Shown here: positions 63,716 to 64,000 of the stretch, one piece after another
Layout: each line of letters starts with the position of its first letter
How positions within the stretch are numbered: position 1 is the first letter of the stretch
DNA from: Bacteroidales bacterium
GTDB taxonomy: Bacteria > Bacteroidota > Bacteroidia > Bacteroidales > VadinHA17
Direction of reading: 5' to 3'
Length of the DNA stretch: 64,000 nucleotides
Assembly (NCBI GenBank): GCA_035527935.1
Contig: DATKZO010000048.1
Span: 58,690 to 122,689 of the forward strand
Program-made: the position numbers and the translations under genes
The notes under the pieces: generated by a model
What the model saw: the letters and a program-made list of their open reading frames with translations, nothing else
Told to the model about the DNA's origin: nothing
Database searches by the model: none

Positions 63716-64000
63716 CTAAAGATAGAGTTTTGCCTTAATCCGTTGAACGAGTGGCTTTAAACTGTCAGGTACTGCATCAAGAAGATTCCCAAAATCAGGC
63801 TTGGCCCGTGGTCTGACTCTCATATCAGCCGAATCCTCAATCGGTGATCTGGTACCCTTTCCTACATAAGACATGAGTTTCCAGTTCTCCTCTTCCCTGA
63901 ATAAAGGCAGTAATTCGAATGCGATCTGATCATAAATGACCGGTGGTACAGGGCCATTGCTGTGTTCCAATATGCCAACCTCTTCTTTTACCCACTCATC
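63716..64000 (-). CDS. Hypothetical protein, 5' end beyond window edge
   Basis: The frame stays open to position 64000 (…DEWVKEEVGILEHSNGPVPPV…), so the TTG start in the track is probably internal. I recognised no family. Confidence 0.5.
   Translation of the reverse strand, partial: DEWVKEEVGILEHSNGPVPPVIYDQIAFELLPLFREEENWKLMSYVGKGTRSPIEDSADMRVRPRAKPDFGNLLDAVPDSLKPLVQRIKAKLYL

Noticed and set aside
1-64000. Search for CRISPR arrays, tRNA/rRNA genes, transposases, integrases, reverse transcriptases, toxin-antitoxin pairs and known defence-system signatures.
   Set aside because: None was recognised by eye in the six-frame ORFs or in the spacers. The only regular short repeats are those listed above.

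Overview
By eye this is a moderately AT-rich chromosomal segment that looks like Bacteroidota. Supporting signs are TAnnTTTG-type promoter boxes, many lipoprotein and twin-arginine signals, a CarboxypepD_reg-type TonB-dependent receptor, and DUF1080 with Gfo/Idh/MocA genes. I call about 58 protein-coding genes. I found no rRNA, tRNA, CRISPR array, transposase, integrase or phage genes. The content is mostly envelope and metabolic housekeeping:

- 1-8338: a cluster of Tat-exported Gfo/Idh/MocA oxidoreductases with a DUF1080 lipoprotein, a TIM-barrel protein, DoxX and a Tat-signal class V PLP enzyme.
- 8.4-12 kb: a lone AmmeMemoRadiSam radical SAM gene, a class IV aminotransferase and a DnaQ-exonuclease/GIY-YIG fusion.
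- 12-17.8 kb: DUF47 with PiT, a CYTH protein, an M20D amidohydrolase and gamma-glutamyltransferase.
- 19-25.7 kb: an ArnT-like/GT2/flippase-like triad, a GH109-like enzyme and a GT4 glycosyltransferase.
- 25.8-28.9 kb: an ornithine cyclodeaminase family protein, MurB and MltG.
- 29-35 kb: a six-gene module of TetR, beta-barrel, LolD-like ATPase, two FtsX permeases and a LolA-like protein.
- 37-42 kb: an internally duplicated protein with cardiolipin synthase, an orphan response regulator and a TlpA-like protein.
- 44-64 kb: SSB, a DUF5107-TPR protein, an S9 peptidase, a porin, IorAB, YjbQ, an ArsC-like protein, a TonB receptor module, an SRAP peptidase and a serine hydrolase.

I cannot point to a clear-cut new system. 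The best candidates for follow-up are:

1. The Lol-like transport module with its own barrel and LolA-like carrier.
2. The periplasmic oxidoreductase cluster next to DoxX and a periplasmic PLP enzyme.
3. The 36.0-37.1 kb locus. Two 62-bp direct repeats exactly 700 bp apart flank a small secreted-protein gene, next to a GC-rich island with mutually exclusive pairings.
4. A 14-nt purine tandem repeat between the DUF47 and PiT genes.
5. A notable number of gene remnants (AOR, M28 peptidase, AEC transporter, and possibly an amidohydrolase and a small membrane protein).

All family assignments come from motif recognition by eye and need HMM or BLAST confirmation.
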